Part shown: in pieces, positions 45,071-54,200 of the stretch | Layout: each line of letters opens with the position of its first letter | How positions within the stretch are numbered: position 1 is the first letter of the stretch | NCBI GenBank assembly: GCA_963740355.1 | Contig: CAVUDW010000002.1 | Location: 768,001 to 832,000 of the forward strand | Length of the DNA: 64,000 nucleotides | Direction of reading: 5' to 3' | Origin: an uncultured Gemmatimonadaceae bacterium | Lineage (GTDB): Bacteria > Gemmatimonadota > Gemmatimonadetes > Gemmatimonadales > Gemmatimonadaceae | The notes under the pieces: generated by a model | Databases searched by the model: none | The model's input: only the letters and a program-made list of their open reading frames with translations | What the model was told of the DNA's origin: nothing | Position numbers and translations under genes: made by a program

Positions 45071-46054
45071 ATGATGCGAACAAGGATTACAGGAGGGGCG
45101 CTGCTGATGTGTACGGCCATTACATTGGCTGCGTGCTCGGATGGGCCGTCGTCACCGGTTGACATCGGTCGCGGCAAGCGGTTGGCGACCATCGGTGATG
45201 GATGCGGCACCATCATGGCGCAGCGAGTGGTACCCACGCCAACACAGGCATCACCGTCACTCTCGGTTTCGACACCGCCGACCTTGCCGGTCGTGGTCGT
45301 GACGGCCTCGTTTCCCAGCGCGGGTTTGCCGTGGAACGTGATGCAGCAGATGCAGTTTCCACTGAACGCCGGAGCACAGCAGGCGCTCTGCCTGAACTCG
45401 CCATTGGCGACGTACCGTGCGGAGACACTCTACGTTGCGGCGAGCGACCCGATTCCCGCACCGGACGGGGTCGATCCAAACTTCTGGGCATCGCTTTCAC
45501 CCCGCGAGCAGCGGGCGCTGATCGCGAGGGCAAAGCAGCTGATGGAGCTGTATCCGAACAAGTATCCGACCATTGGCTCCACCATCGACGCGTTCTTCAA
45601 GCAGAAGATGCTGCCGGCCAAGTTCGAGGCGAAACTGCGAGGCATCGATTTTCTCGGAGGCACCAGCGAAGCCGAGATGATGGCGGGTGGCGTGTACGGC
45701 TGCTTGCTCTATCAGCGATTCGTGCGCGATCCAGACTGGTTTCTCTCGAATCGCGAGACGCTGGAGCTCGTGACGGAGCTGGTGACGGCATTCGCGGAAG
45801 CGGAGTTCGCGTCGTTCCCGCTCCGGGCGGTGCAGTTCGGGCGCAACGGCGTGTTTGGCGCGGCGATGGCCCAGTCCGACCCGTACGGCAGCGAATGTGG
45901 TCGCCTGGTCTTCGATTCGATTCCCAGTGGGCGCATCGATGTGCGTGACCCGTATTCAACACCGAGTGCTGGGGCGACCCCACCGCCGGGCAACCCGAAT
46001 TACTCGCCGGCACCGCCGTTCACTGGCGGACCTGACGGCTGGTGGGACCAGTGA
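45071..46054 (+). CDS. Hypothetical lipoprotein
   Basis: AGGAGG SD, lipobox LAAC, Pro-rich linker and tail; no recognised family. Confidence 0.7.
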   Translation: MMRTRITGGALLMCTAITLAACSDGPSSPVDIGRGKRLATIGDGCGTIMAQRVVPTPTQASPSLSVSTPPTLPVVVVTASFPSAGLPWNVMQQMQFPLNAGAQQALCLNSPLATYRAETLYVAASDPIPAPDGVDPNFWASLSPREQRALIARAKQLMELYPNKYPTIGSTIDAFFKQKMLPAKFEAKLRGIDFLGGTSEAEMMAGGVYGCLLYQRFVRDPDWFLSNRETLELVTELVTAFAEAEFASFPLRAVQFGRNGVFGAAMAQSDPYGSECGRLVFDSIPSGRIDVRDPYSTPSAGATPPPGNPNYSPAPPFTGGPDGWWDQ

Positions 46055-46151
46055 GATGACGGCGTGCTGACGCACGTCTCGACTGTTGCGGTGGGTGCGC
46101 ATGGCGCCGTGCGCGCCCACCTCCTTCTCCAAATCCAGACTCGACTCTTCG

Positions 46152-46730
46152 ATGCGCCTTCTTCTCATCTCGATCCTTGCGGTCTCCCTCACTGCACCCG
46201 CGCGTGCGCAGGGCGCGGTGTCACCAATGACGCCGGCGGCCGCCTTCGAAAGTTTTTCGCGCGTCGCAGCCACGGTGGGACAGCCGACGACGGCGCTGGC
46301 TCGTCTCTGGCCGCAACCGCTCGATGCGAGGGCCGAAACTGCAACACTCCAGGTCTCGGCCTCGCATCTCCTGACCGTGCGTACGGCTGGCGATTCACAG
46401 CGAACCGACGGTGTTCAACGGGTCACGGCGGCGGACTTTCATGAACGGGTGGCGGACACCCTCGTACTGCGACGACGAGTGATGGAGCTGATGCGGCTGA
46501 TCGCCAAGGGTTCGGTAGTGCCTGACCGGTGTGACACACCGCTGGGTCCACCCGCCTACCTGTTCGCGCCGCAGCGTGTCGCCCGTCACTGGCGCCGCGG
46601 CCTTGCCGACCAGCCAACGCAACTCGTGTGGGAAGTCGCGCCAGGCTCCGTGTATCTGATCTCAGTCCACGTGGGTGCATCACTGGATGCCGGTGCAGCG
46701 ATGATCGGGTGTGACGCGAGGATGCCGTAG
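46152..46730 (+). CDS. Hypothetical secreted protein
   Basis: MRLLLISILAVSLTAPARA-Q signal peptide; two Cys. Confidence 0.6.
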   Translation: MRLLLISILAVSLTAPARAQGAVSPMTPAAAFESFSRVAATVGQPTTALARLWPQPLDARAETATLQVSASHLLTVRTAGDSQRTDGVQRVTAADFHERVADTLVLRRRVMELMRLIAKGSVVPDRCDTPLGPPAYLFAPQRVARHWRRGLADQPTQLVWEVAPGSVYLISVHVGASLDAGAAMIGCDARMP

Positions 46731-46746
46731 CGGCGAATCGCAGTCG

Positions 46747-48042
46747 CTATGCGAGCAGTGACAGAACGAGGCTCGTAGCGCGGTCAGCGGCACCGAGTCC
46801 GTGCTGGACACGTTCACGTGCACGCGCGCCTGCAGTGTCGCGGGCGCTGGAGTCGGTGGGAGAGAGCCAGGTCGTGAGCACGTCGACCAGTTCAGCACTG
46901 GTGCGCACGCTTCGGGCGGCGCCGTCAGCGAGCAGCAACTCGGCGTCGCGGCTGTTTCGGAATTGAGGTCCGAAGATCACCGGCGCGCCGAAGGCCGCCG
47001 GTTCGAGCACGGAGTGCAACCCGGCGGAATGAAACCCGCCGCCGACGAAGGCCACGTCTGCGATCCCGTAGAGATCACCGAGTACGCCGACGCGATCGAC
47101 GAGGACAACGTCGGCCGTGGCGTCGTCAGTGGCGTCGAGGCGTGTACAGCGGAGCTTCTGTTGTGCGGCCCACGACTCGATTGGCGCCAGGTGTGCGGCG
47201 GTCGGCTCGTGGGGGGCGATGACCAGGCGCAGCGCGCCCGGGTACTTTCGCGTCAGTTCGAGCCACGCGGGCAGGAGCACGGTATCGTCGGCCGGCCATG
47301 TCGAGCCTGCGACCAGCGTGAGGCGTGTCGTCTCGCGGAAACGCGTGAGCCATGGCGCAGACTGTGCGACGGCCGACGCGCGGGCCCAAACCTGATCGTA
47401 CCGCGTGTCGCCGGTGACCTGGATCACTTCCGGACGCACACCGATTTCCACCAGTCGCGCCGCGTCGGCTTCATCGATCGCACCGACGGCATCGAGTGCC
47501 GCGTACGCATCGCGGGTCAGTGCGGCGGCGATGCCGTGGCGCCGCCCGGAACCTTCGGCGAGTGTGGCGCTGATCATGCCGAGCTTCACGTCATGCGCCT
47601 TGGCTTGTTCAACCAAAAGCGGCCAGACATCGAGCTTGCTGAAGATCAGTGCTGTGGGGTGCAGCGCCTCGACGGCGGCGCGCATGTCGTGCGTGGTGTC
47701 GAAGGGGAGGTAATCGCGGAAGTCGGCGCCGGTGCGTTGTGCGAACGCCGCGGCGCTTGGCGAGAAGTGCGTGTACGCCAACTGGATGTCGGGGCGGTGT
47801 TGCCGCAATTGCGACATCACGGGGACCGCTTGCAGTCCTTCACCAACACTAGGTGCATGGAACCAGACCAGGGGACGTGACCGAGCGCGCGCAGTTCGAC
47901 CAAACGCTGCGTATCGATCGAGCAGTCCTCGACGGCCAGATATCGTCCGCGCGAGTTTGCCGTCGCCAGGAACGCCGGTGGCAACGGCGAGTCGCGCAAT
48001 CGCGCCTGCGCCGGCGTACAATCCGCGCAGGAGCGGGTTCAT
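46747..48042 (-). CDS. waaA: 3-deoxy-D-manno-octulosonate (Kdo) transferase
   Basis: WFHAPSVGE, YLPFD, TGDTRYD, AGSTW, IAPH, AFVGGGF...HSVLEPA.FG.PVIFGP. Confidence 0.92.
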   Translation of the reverse strand: MNPLLRGLYAGAGAIARLAVATGVPGDGKLARTISGRRGLLDRYAAFGRTARARSRPLVWFHAPSVGEGLQAVPVMSQLRQHRPDIQLAYTHFSPSAAAFAQRTGADFRDYLPFDTTHDMRAAVEALHPTALIFSKLDVWPLLVEQAKAHDVKLGMISATLAEGSGRRHGIAAALTRDAYAALDAVGAIDEADAARLVEIGVRPEVIQVTGDTRYDQVWARASAVAQSAPWLTRFRETTRLTLVAGSTWPADDTVLLPAWLELTRKYPGALRLVIAPHEPTAAHLAPIESWAAQQKLRCTRLDATDDATADVVLVDRVGVLGDLYGIADVAFVGGGFHSAGLHSVLEPAAFGAPVIFGPQFRNSRDAELLLADGAARSVRTSAELVDVLTTWLSPTDSSARDTAGARARERVQHGLGAADRATSLVLSLLA

Positions 48043-48078
48043 CGCACGCGCGCGGTGGCGCCGGTCAGCGGCTGCCGT

Positions 48079-48777
48079 TCAGCGCGGGTGCGACGCGAGG
48101 TTGGCGTCGATCACGCGCTTGAAGTCGGGAAACGGATAAGCGCCGCTGAGCAGGCTGTCGCCGATGATGAACGCCGGCGTGCCATTGATGCCCGCGGTCG
48201 ACGAACGTTCTGCATCGCTGGCGATCAAAGGACGGGTGGCGTGTGTCGACTGGCAGGTACCGAACTGTTTCGCGTCGAGCTGCAGCGCGCTGGCGAAGCG
48301 CGCGAACATGGTATCCGGCTTCGCAATCACGGCCCAGCGTTCCTGCGCATCAAACAGCGAGTCATGCATGGCCCAGAACTTTCCCTGCACCGAGGCGCAC
48401 ATGGCGGCTTCAGCAGCGGGCCACGAATTCTGGTGGCTGCGCAGTGGCAGGTTCACGTAGGCCATGCGCGTCTTCCCGTTGTCGACGTAGGCCGCGCGCA
48501 GCTTGGCGTAGGTCGAGTCGTGGAAGGCCTTGCAGTACGGGCACTGGAAGTCACTGATCTCCAGCACGATGACCTTCGCGCCCGAGTCGCCAACGATCCG
48601 GCCGAGGTCGGCCTTTCGCAGCAACGCGGTATCCATCGCCACCGGGATCGCGTCCGGGCCGTACACCGCTGGCTTTGGTGCCCCCGCCGCGTCAGCCGGC
48701 GTGGCACTTTCGGCAGTCTTGGCGCAGGCGAGCAATACGGCTGCCACAAGGGCGCCCAGAGCGAGTCGAGCAGTCAT
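48079..48777 (-). CDS. DsbA/BdbD-family thioredoxin-fold lipoprotein
   Basis: Lipobox LLAC, SDFQCPYC, QGKFWAMHD, GINGTPAF; the upstream ORF extension to 48984 is repeat-derived. Confidence 0.88.
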   Translation of the reverse strand: MTARLALGALVAAVLLACAKTAESATPADAAGAPKPAVYGPDAIPVAMDTALLRKADLGRIVGDSGAKVIVLEISDFQCPYCKAFHDSTYAKLRAAYVDNGKTRMAYVNLPLRSHQNSWPAAEAAMCASVQGKFWAMHDSLFDAQERWAVIAKPDTMFARFASALQLDAKQFGTCQSTHATRPLIASDAERSSTAGINGTPAFIIGDSLLSGAYPFPDFKRVIDANLASHPR

Positions 48778-48849
48778 GGTCACAAGGGTCAGGGAATCCC
48801 GAAAACTACTCCTGCACCCTTTACGCACGCACCCGCCCCGCTTCCTTTT

Positions 48850-48980
48850 GCGGCGACGCTGCGTTTGCGCCTGACGGTCCGCACACTGCCGGTTCCGCGG
48901 CGACGCTGCGCTTTCGCCTGTCGGTCCACACTCCCGGTTCTGCGGCGACGCTGCGCTTACGCCTGACGGTCCACACTCCC
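48850..48980. repeat. Tandem array of three 45-47 bp REP-like units (fourth copy at ~49033)
   Basis: GCGGCGACGCTGCGYTT.CGCCTGWCGGTCC..ACT at 48850, 48897, 48942; internal GGCG/CGCC hairpin. Confidence 0.9.
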
Positions 48981-48983
48981 TCA

Positions 48984-49261
48984 CGCGGAGCCGCGGGGGA
49001 CGCGGAGACGCGGAGGACTGCCACCGCCTCCTCGGCGACGCTGCGCTTACGCCCGGCGGTCCACCGCGTCACGAGTTCGGGTGTGCGTCGCCGCCCCGTG
49101 TGCCGACCGGTAGGCTGATTTTTTGGGGAACTGCGCGCACAAAGCGTGGCCAGCCACACCTCCTTCAAAAAGCAGTTGCTCCTTGTCCGGTGTGGACCGC
49201 CCCGCCGCCGCCTGGCGTCCGGTGCAGTCCTCCGCGTCTCCGCGTCCCCCGCGGCTCCGCG
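48984..49261. repeat. Element bounded by perfect 38-bp inverted repeats (REPIN/MITE-like)
   Basis: CGCGGAGCCGCGGGGGACGCGGAGACGCGGAGGACTGC (48984-49021) is the exact reverse complement of 49224-49261. Confidence 0.9.
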
Positions 49262-49470
49262 GGTTTGACCGTGTGGACCGCCGGCGCGGCACGCGCGAGA
49301 ACCCTGCAATGCTGCACGGCGAGGGTGTTTGCGCGGCGCCTGCACCATCGTGACGCGCACGAGCGCTCGCGCGATTCGCTTTGGTTGGTAACGGGAACGT
49401 GGCGCGGGCGGGAACGTGACACTTCCGGGGCGCGGCGGCGTATTATTCGGCGTCACCTCAAGCCCAATCG

Positions 49471-50292
49471 ATGCACTTTCTCTCGGCGCTCGTCGCCGGT
49501 GTACTGGCCCTCTTTCAGGGCGTGAGCATTCCGGCGGCCCCAACGGGGTACGTCAACGACTTCGCCAATATCCTCCCGGCTGATCGCGTCAGCTTGCTGA
49601 CGCGGATCGCGGAGGACGTGAAGGCGAAGAGTGGCGGCGAGATCGCCATCGTCACGATGGCCGACATCGGCGATCGGCAGGCGTCGGAGATCGCGCTCGA
49701 GATCGGTCGACAGTGGAAGGTCGGCCAGAACGACGCCGTCGGGAATCGCTCGCGAAACGCAGGTGTCGTCATCCTGCTGGTGCCGAAGGAAACCAGCAAG
49801 AGCGGCAAAGGCTCGTGCCGCATCGAAGTCGGTCAGGGCAGTGAAGGGTTCATCACCGACGGCATGTCGGGCGAGATCTGCCGTGAGGCGACGCCGCTCT
49901 TCCGGGAGCAGGAGTACGCGCGCGGCTTGACCATCGTCACGACCCGTGTGGCCGAGAAATTTGCGGCAGAGTTCGGGTTCGTGCTGGATACCACGCTGGT
50001 GCCGCGACGGCAGGTGAATCAGGCGCCTGAGATCCAGATCAACCCGCTGGTCGTGCTGATCATCATCTTCATCATCATCTTCCTCATCTCGCGGGCAGGC
50101 CGCGGTGGTCGAGGTGGACGTGGTGGCGGGGGCGGCAGCTTCATCCCGGTCGTGCTGCCGAATATTGGCGGCGGCGGCTGGGGCAGCGGCGGTGGGTGGG
50201 GCGGCGGCGGTGGCGGCGGGGGAGGCGGTGGCTTTGGTGGTTTCGGCGGTGGCGGTGGCTTCAGCGGCGGCGGGGGAGGATCGGACTGGTGA
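49471..50292 (+). CDS. TPM-domain membrane protein (YgcG-like)
   Basis: GYVNDFANIL, EIAIVT, WKVG, RIEVGQGSEGFITD, TM helix, Gly-rich tail GGGFSGGGGGSDW. Confidence 0.9.
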   Translation: MHFLSALVAGVLALFQGVSIPAAPTGYVNDFANILPADRVSLLTRIAEDVKAKSGGEIAIVTMADIGDRQASEIALEIGRQWKVGQNDAVGNRSRNAGVVILLVPKETSKSGKGSCRIEVGQGSEGFITDGMSGEICREATPLFREQEYARGLTIVTTRVAEKFAAEFGFVLDTTLVPRRQVNQAPEIQINPLVVLIIIFIIIFLISRAGRGGRGGRGGGGGSFIPVVLPNIGGGGWGSGGGWGGGGGGGGGGGFGGFGGGGGFSGGGGGSDW

Positions 50293-51065
50293 CGAGTTCA
50301 GCGATGCAGGAGACGGAGCTGGCCAGCGAAATGGCCGTGCGCGATCTGGTGGCGGCCCTGCAAGGCCTCTACGGTGAATCGCTGCGCGCCGTCGTGCGCT
50401 TCGGGTCGGCCGTGGCCGGCGAAGTGCTGCCGGGGCAGTCGGACACGAACCTGCTGATCATCGTCGACGCCATTCCGCTCGGGAAGCTGCTCGACAACGC
50501 CATCGCCGTACAGAAGTGGACAGCCGCCGGCAATCCCGCGCCGCTGCTGCTGACGCTGGAAGAGTGGCGCTCGTCGTCGGACATCTTTGCGATGGAGTAC
50601 GCCGACATCCTGCACCGCCATCAGGTGCTGGTCGGTGACGCACCGTTCGAGGAGATCCATGTCGCGCTGCACGACCTGCGCCTGCATGTGGAACGTGAAG
50701 CGATGGGGAAGCTGCTGCAGCTGCGTCGGGCGATCATGGCGGTCGGTGGCGACGCGCCGTCGCAGCTCCGACTGCTGCTGAATGGCCTGTCGACGCTGAT
50801 GGTGATCTTTCGCGGCGTGTCACGCGTGTCTGGCAATGCACCGCCGATGGACTATGTCCAGCTGAGCCGAGAAGTCGCGACGCTGGCGGCATTCGACGCG
50901 AAACCCTTCGAACGGCTGGTGCAGCACGCACGTCGGGAAGTACAGATTCCTGTGTCCGACGTCACGTCAGTGCTGACCGGTGTACTGGATGCCATGGGGC
51001 GCCTGGTGGCGCACCTCGACCGGGCGGCGGCAATCGCGCGGTCAGACGCGACCACGTCGCAGTGA
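50289..51065 (+). CDS. Pol-beta-like nucleotidyltransferase-domain protein
   Basis: AVVRFGSAVAGE...SDTNLLIIV followed by a helical C-terminal domain; GTGA overlap. Confidence 0.75.
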   Translation: MTSSAMQETELASEMAVRDLVAALQGLYGESLRAVVRFGSAVAGEVLPGQSDTNLLIIVDAIPLGKLLDNAIAVQKWTAAGNPAPLLLTLEEWRSSSDIFAMEYADILHRHQVLVGDAPFEEIHVALHDLRLHVEREAMGKLLQLRRAIMAVGGDAPSQLRLLLNGLSTLMVIFRGVSRVSGNAPPMDYVQLSREVATLAAFDAKPFERLVQHARREVQIPVSDVTSVLTGVLDAMGRLVAHLDRAAAIARSDATTSQ

Positions 51066-51137
51066 CGTGATCGCAGCAGGTCCCCGGTGCTGCGTGTGGC
51101 GGCACCGTTCACTTCCGAACTTCGAGAGAGCGAAACG

Positions 51138-51812
51138 ATGCGTGCAATGACGATGGCTCGACCCGACACAGTGCGCGGCGCGCGCGCGCGTTGGCTGCGC
51201 CGCGCGGTACTGCTCCTGCCGTTGGCGCTCGGCGCCTGCGGCTACAACACCATCCAGTCGCTCGATGAGTCGGCGGCCAAGTCGCAGAAGGAGATCGAAG
51301 TCCAGCTGCAGCGCCGCGCCGACCTGATTCCAAACCTGGTGGCGACCGTGAAGGGATTTGCGGCGCAGGAGTCCAGCATCTTCATCGCCGTGGCCCAGGC
51401 GCAGAAGGGGTTGACTGGTGCCCTGGCACGTCCCGGCGGCGCGAACCCGGCCGAGCTGGCCTCGGCCAACGACGCGCTGTCGCGCGCGGTGTTGCCGATG
51501 ATGACACTGGTCACGAGCTACCCGCAGCTGAAGAGTGATGCCCAGTTCCTGAAGCTGCAGGATGAGCTGACGGGCACGGAGAACCGCATCGCCGTCAGCC
51601 GCACGGACTACAACAACTCCGTCAACGAGTACAACGCCTACATCCGCAAGTTTCCGGCGGTCATGACGGCGAAGGTGCTCGGCAGCAAGCCGCGTGAATA
51701 CTTCGAGGTGACGGATGCGGCGAAGCGTGAGGCGCCCACGGTGGACTTCAACGCCGCGCCGGCTGCGCCTGCCGCAACGGCACCGGCGGCTCCAGCCCCG
51801 GCGAAGCCGTAG
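51138..51812 (+). CDS. lemA: LemA-family protein
   Basis: CGYN, QLQRRADLIPNLVATVKG, YPQLK, LQDEL.GTENRIAVSR.DYN. Confidence 0.93.
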   Translation: MRAMTMARPDTVRGARARWLRRAVLLLPLALGACGYNTIQSLDESAAKSQKEIEVQLQRRADLIPNLVATVKGFAAQESSIFIAVAQAQKGLTGALARPGGANPAELASANDALSRAVLPMMTLVTSYPQLKSDAQFLKLQDELTGTENRIAVSRTDYNNSVNEYNAYIRKFPAVMTAKVLGSKPREYFEVTDAAKREAPTVDFNAAPAAPAATAPAAPAPAKP

Positions 51813-51838
51813 TCGCTCCAGCGGTACCGGTGTACGCG

Positions 51839-51873
51839 AAGGGCCAGCTCCGAATGAGGAGCTGGCCCTTTTT
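51839..51873 (+). terminator. Terminator after lemA
   Basis: GGGCCAGCTC/GAGCTGGCCC followed by TTTTT. Confidence 0.85.
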
Positions 51874-51914
51874 GTCATGTGGTGGAACGCCGAGATCGAC
51901 GTGATGCGTCGCAA

Positions 51915-52610
51915 TCAGTTCGGCGTGATGATGACCGAGTCGATGGTGGCACGCAGCGCGGTAATCGTGCTTGGCCACGGCACCTGACGCTTGTTGACGA
52001 CGATGTGTGGAAGCGCCCCGACGCGATTGGTATCGGCCCAGTCGATGTCCATACGGATCTGTCGCAGCATGCGCATGCTCGAGACACAGTTGCGATACTT
52101 GTAGTCCACCATGCCAGGCAGGCTCACCAGCGACTCCGCGAGGGCAGCGGTATCCTTGGCGGCGGCCCATTGATCCTGCGTCGAAAACAGGCGCGTACTC
52201 GCCTCCCAGAACTGCCCTTGGGAGCTGGCGCACATGGCAGCGTTGGCCGCGCGCACCGCCGCGGGATGTTTACGCAGTGGGTAGTGCACCCAGATCAATC
52301 GGGCGCGGCCTGTCTCGACGTATTCGCTGCGGATGACCGGCAGCACCTTCTCGAACCAGGTGCGGCACTCGGCGCACTGGTAGTCGCTCACCACGAGGAT
52401 GCTGACGGTGGGATTGCTCCCCAGCACTCGACCGGCATTGCCAGCCTTCACGATCACGTCTGGCGTCGTCGCCTTGCGGTCCTCGGGAATTCGCCTGACA
52501 TCGGTGGAGGGGACATCAGCGGCAGCGCTGCGCTGGCATGCGGCGGCGAGGAACGGGAGTACCATCATGGCAAGCCGCAATCGTCGGCGGCCGAAGCGGG
52601 TGCTGAACAT
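51915..52610 (-). CDS. DsbA-like thioredoxin-fold lipoprotein (CAEC active site; start uncertain)
   Basis: LAAAC lipobox, SDYQCAEC, HYPL, AAMCA..QGQFW, cis-Pro loop ALPH. Confidence 0.82.
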   Translation of the reverse strand: MFSTRFGRRRLRLAMMVLPFLAAACQRSAAADVPSTDVRRIPEDRKATTPDVIVKAGNAGRVLGSNPTVSILVVSDYQCAECRTWFEKVLPVIRSEYVETGRARLIWVHYPLRKHPAAVRAANAAMCASSQGQFWEASTRLFSTQDQWAAAKDTAALAESLVSLPGMVDYKYRNCVSSMRMLRQIRMDIDWADTNRVGALPHIVVNKRQVPWPSTITALRATIDSVIITPN

Positions 52611-52721
52611 GCCGAAGTGTAGTCGCCCTATCCTCGCCCGACCAACATCCATATCCTAGATATCGGAATGGATCATTTGACCACGTGTCATGACACTGCA
52701 GCACCGTCTGGAGCCTATTCG

Positions 52722-54194
52722 ATGACTGCCATGCGCCCAGGACCCGTCCGTCGAGTCGCGATCGCAGTGTTCGTGACGGCGATCGGCACGCTGACTGGCT
52801 GCAGGCGGGAGCGTCCAGCAGCGGATCCGCAATTCGTCGCCCAGTGGATGCGCACATCGCTGGCATTCGTGCGCAGCGAGCGGCTTGGCCCGCCAGTGGC
52901 ATCACGGATTTCGGCGTACGCATCGTTGGCCTTGTATGAAGGCTACGCGTCGGACTCGCGCTTCACGCTTCGCTCCCTCGGTGGCCAGTTGAATGGACTC
53001 TCTGCGCTGCCGGCAGCCCCAGACGGTGCACCGCTCGATGGCCCGGTAGTGGCGGCGATCGCCGAGCGAGTGGTGCTCGACTCGCTGTTTCGCGATGGCA
53101 TGCCGGGCACGAGGCGGACGATCGATTCGCTGGCCGCGGCGCAACTTGCAGCGCGGTCGGTTGCTGGGGTGACGGCGAACGATAGCGCACGCGCAGTTGC
53201 ACATGGCCGCGCGATCGGGAACGCAATCCTGGCGTGGGCGGCGACCGACAGCTTTTACGCGACGCGTGGTCGTGCGTGGGCGCCGTCGGGGAAGCGTGAG
53301 CAGTGGCAGAACACCGCCAACGTCGCCCAGTTCGTGCCCCAGACGCTTTCAGGCCAGTCGGACCTGGTGCAACTGGCGAACCCGAATGTGCATGTCGACG
53401 TCGAGACGGCAACCGCGAAGGGGACGTTCACCAACCGGCCGCGCGTTGACGGGCCGACCACGCTGCCGGCGTTCAACCCGATGAAGCCGACGGAGCCGTA
53501 CTGGGGCAAGTTGCGCCCCTTCGTGCTCAGTAGCGGCGATGAATGTGCGCCACCACCGCCGCCGCCGTATTCGGAAGCACCCGGCTCGGCATTCTATGCG
53601 ATGGGCAAGCAGTTTCACGACACACTGACAGCACTCACGCCGGAACAGAAGCAGATCGCGCTGTTCTGGGCCGACAACCCAGTCGCGACGGGCACTCCGG
53701 GTTTTCACTGGATCAGTGTGGCGAGCCTGATGGTGGCGCGGCGGAAGCTGAGCGCCGATGCCGCCGCCGAGTTGTACGCACTGACCTCGATCGCGATCGC
53801 CGATGCGTTCATCGGTTGCTGGCAGGAGAAGTATCGCTCCAACGTGGTGCGCCCGGTGGCGTGGGTACAGCGTGTGCTCGATCCGAAGTTCCAGACCGTG
53901 ATTCCCACGCCGCCATTCCCCGAATACACCTCGGGGCATTCGGTGCAGTCGGGCGCTGCCGTGGATGTGTTGATCTCGCTGCTTGGTGACAGCATTCCGT
54001 ACATCGATTCGACGCAGGTCGACATTGGCCAACCCGCGCGACCGTTCGCGTCGTTCAGCAAGGCGCGCGACGAAGTCGCGATTTCGCGCGTCTATGCCGG
54101 CGTCCATTACTTCCCGGCCGTGTTCGATGGCATGGCGCAGGGGCAGTGCATTGGTCGCAAGGTCAGTGCGCTTCACACGCGTCGAGACAGGTGA
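52722..54194 (+). CDS. Vanadium-dependent haloperoxidase / PAP2-superfamily lipoprotein
   Basis: KYRSNVVRP, TPPFPEYTSGH, SRVYAGVHY active-site motifs; LTGC lipobox. Confidence 0.88.
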   Translation: MTAMRPGPVRRVAIAVFVTAIGTLTGCRRERPAADPQFVAQWMRTSLAFVRSERLGPPVASRISAYASLALYEGYASDSRFTLRSLGGQLNGLSALPAAPDGAPLDGPVVAAIAERVVLDSLFRDGMPGTRRTIDSLAAAQLAARSVAGVTANDSARAVAHGRAIGNAILAWAATDSFYATRGRAWAPSGKREQWQNTANVAQFVPQTLSGQSDLVQLANPNVHVDVETATAKGTFTNRPRVDGPTTLPAFNPMKPTEPYWGKLRPFVLSSGDECAPPPPPPYSEAPGSAFYAMGKQFHDTLTALTPEQKQIALFWADNPVATGTPGFHWISVASLMVARRKLSADAAAELYALTSIAIADAFIGCWQEKYRSNVVRPVAWVQRVLDPKFQTVIPTPPFPEYTSGHSVQSGAAVDVLISLLGDSIPYIDSTQVDIGQPARPFASFSKARDEVAISRVYAGVHYFPAVFDGMAQGQCIGRKVSALHTRRDR

Positions 54195-54200
54195 TGCGCG

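Noticed and set aside
48850..49064. Possible CRISPR array
   Set aside because: Units are directly tandem with no unique spacers, are degenerate, and no cas genes are present
50100..50290. GGC-rich low-complexity repeat
   Set aside because: Normal Gly-rich tail of TPM-domain proteins
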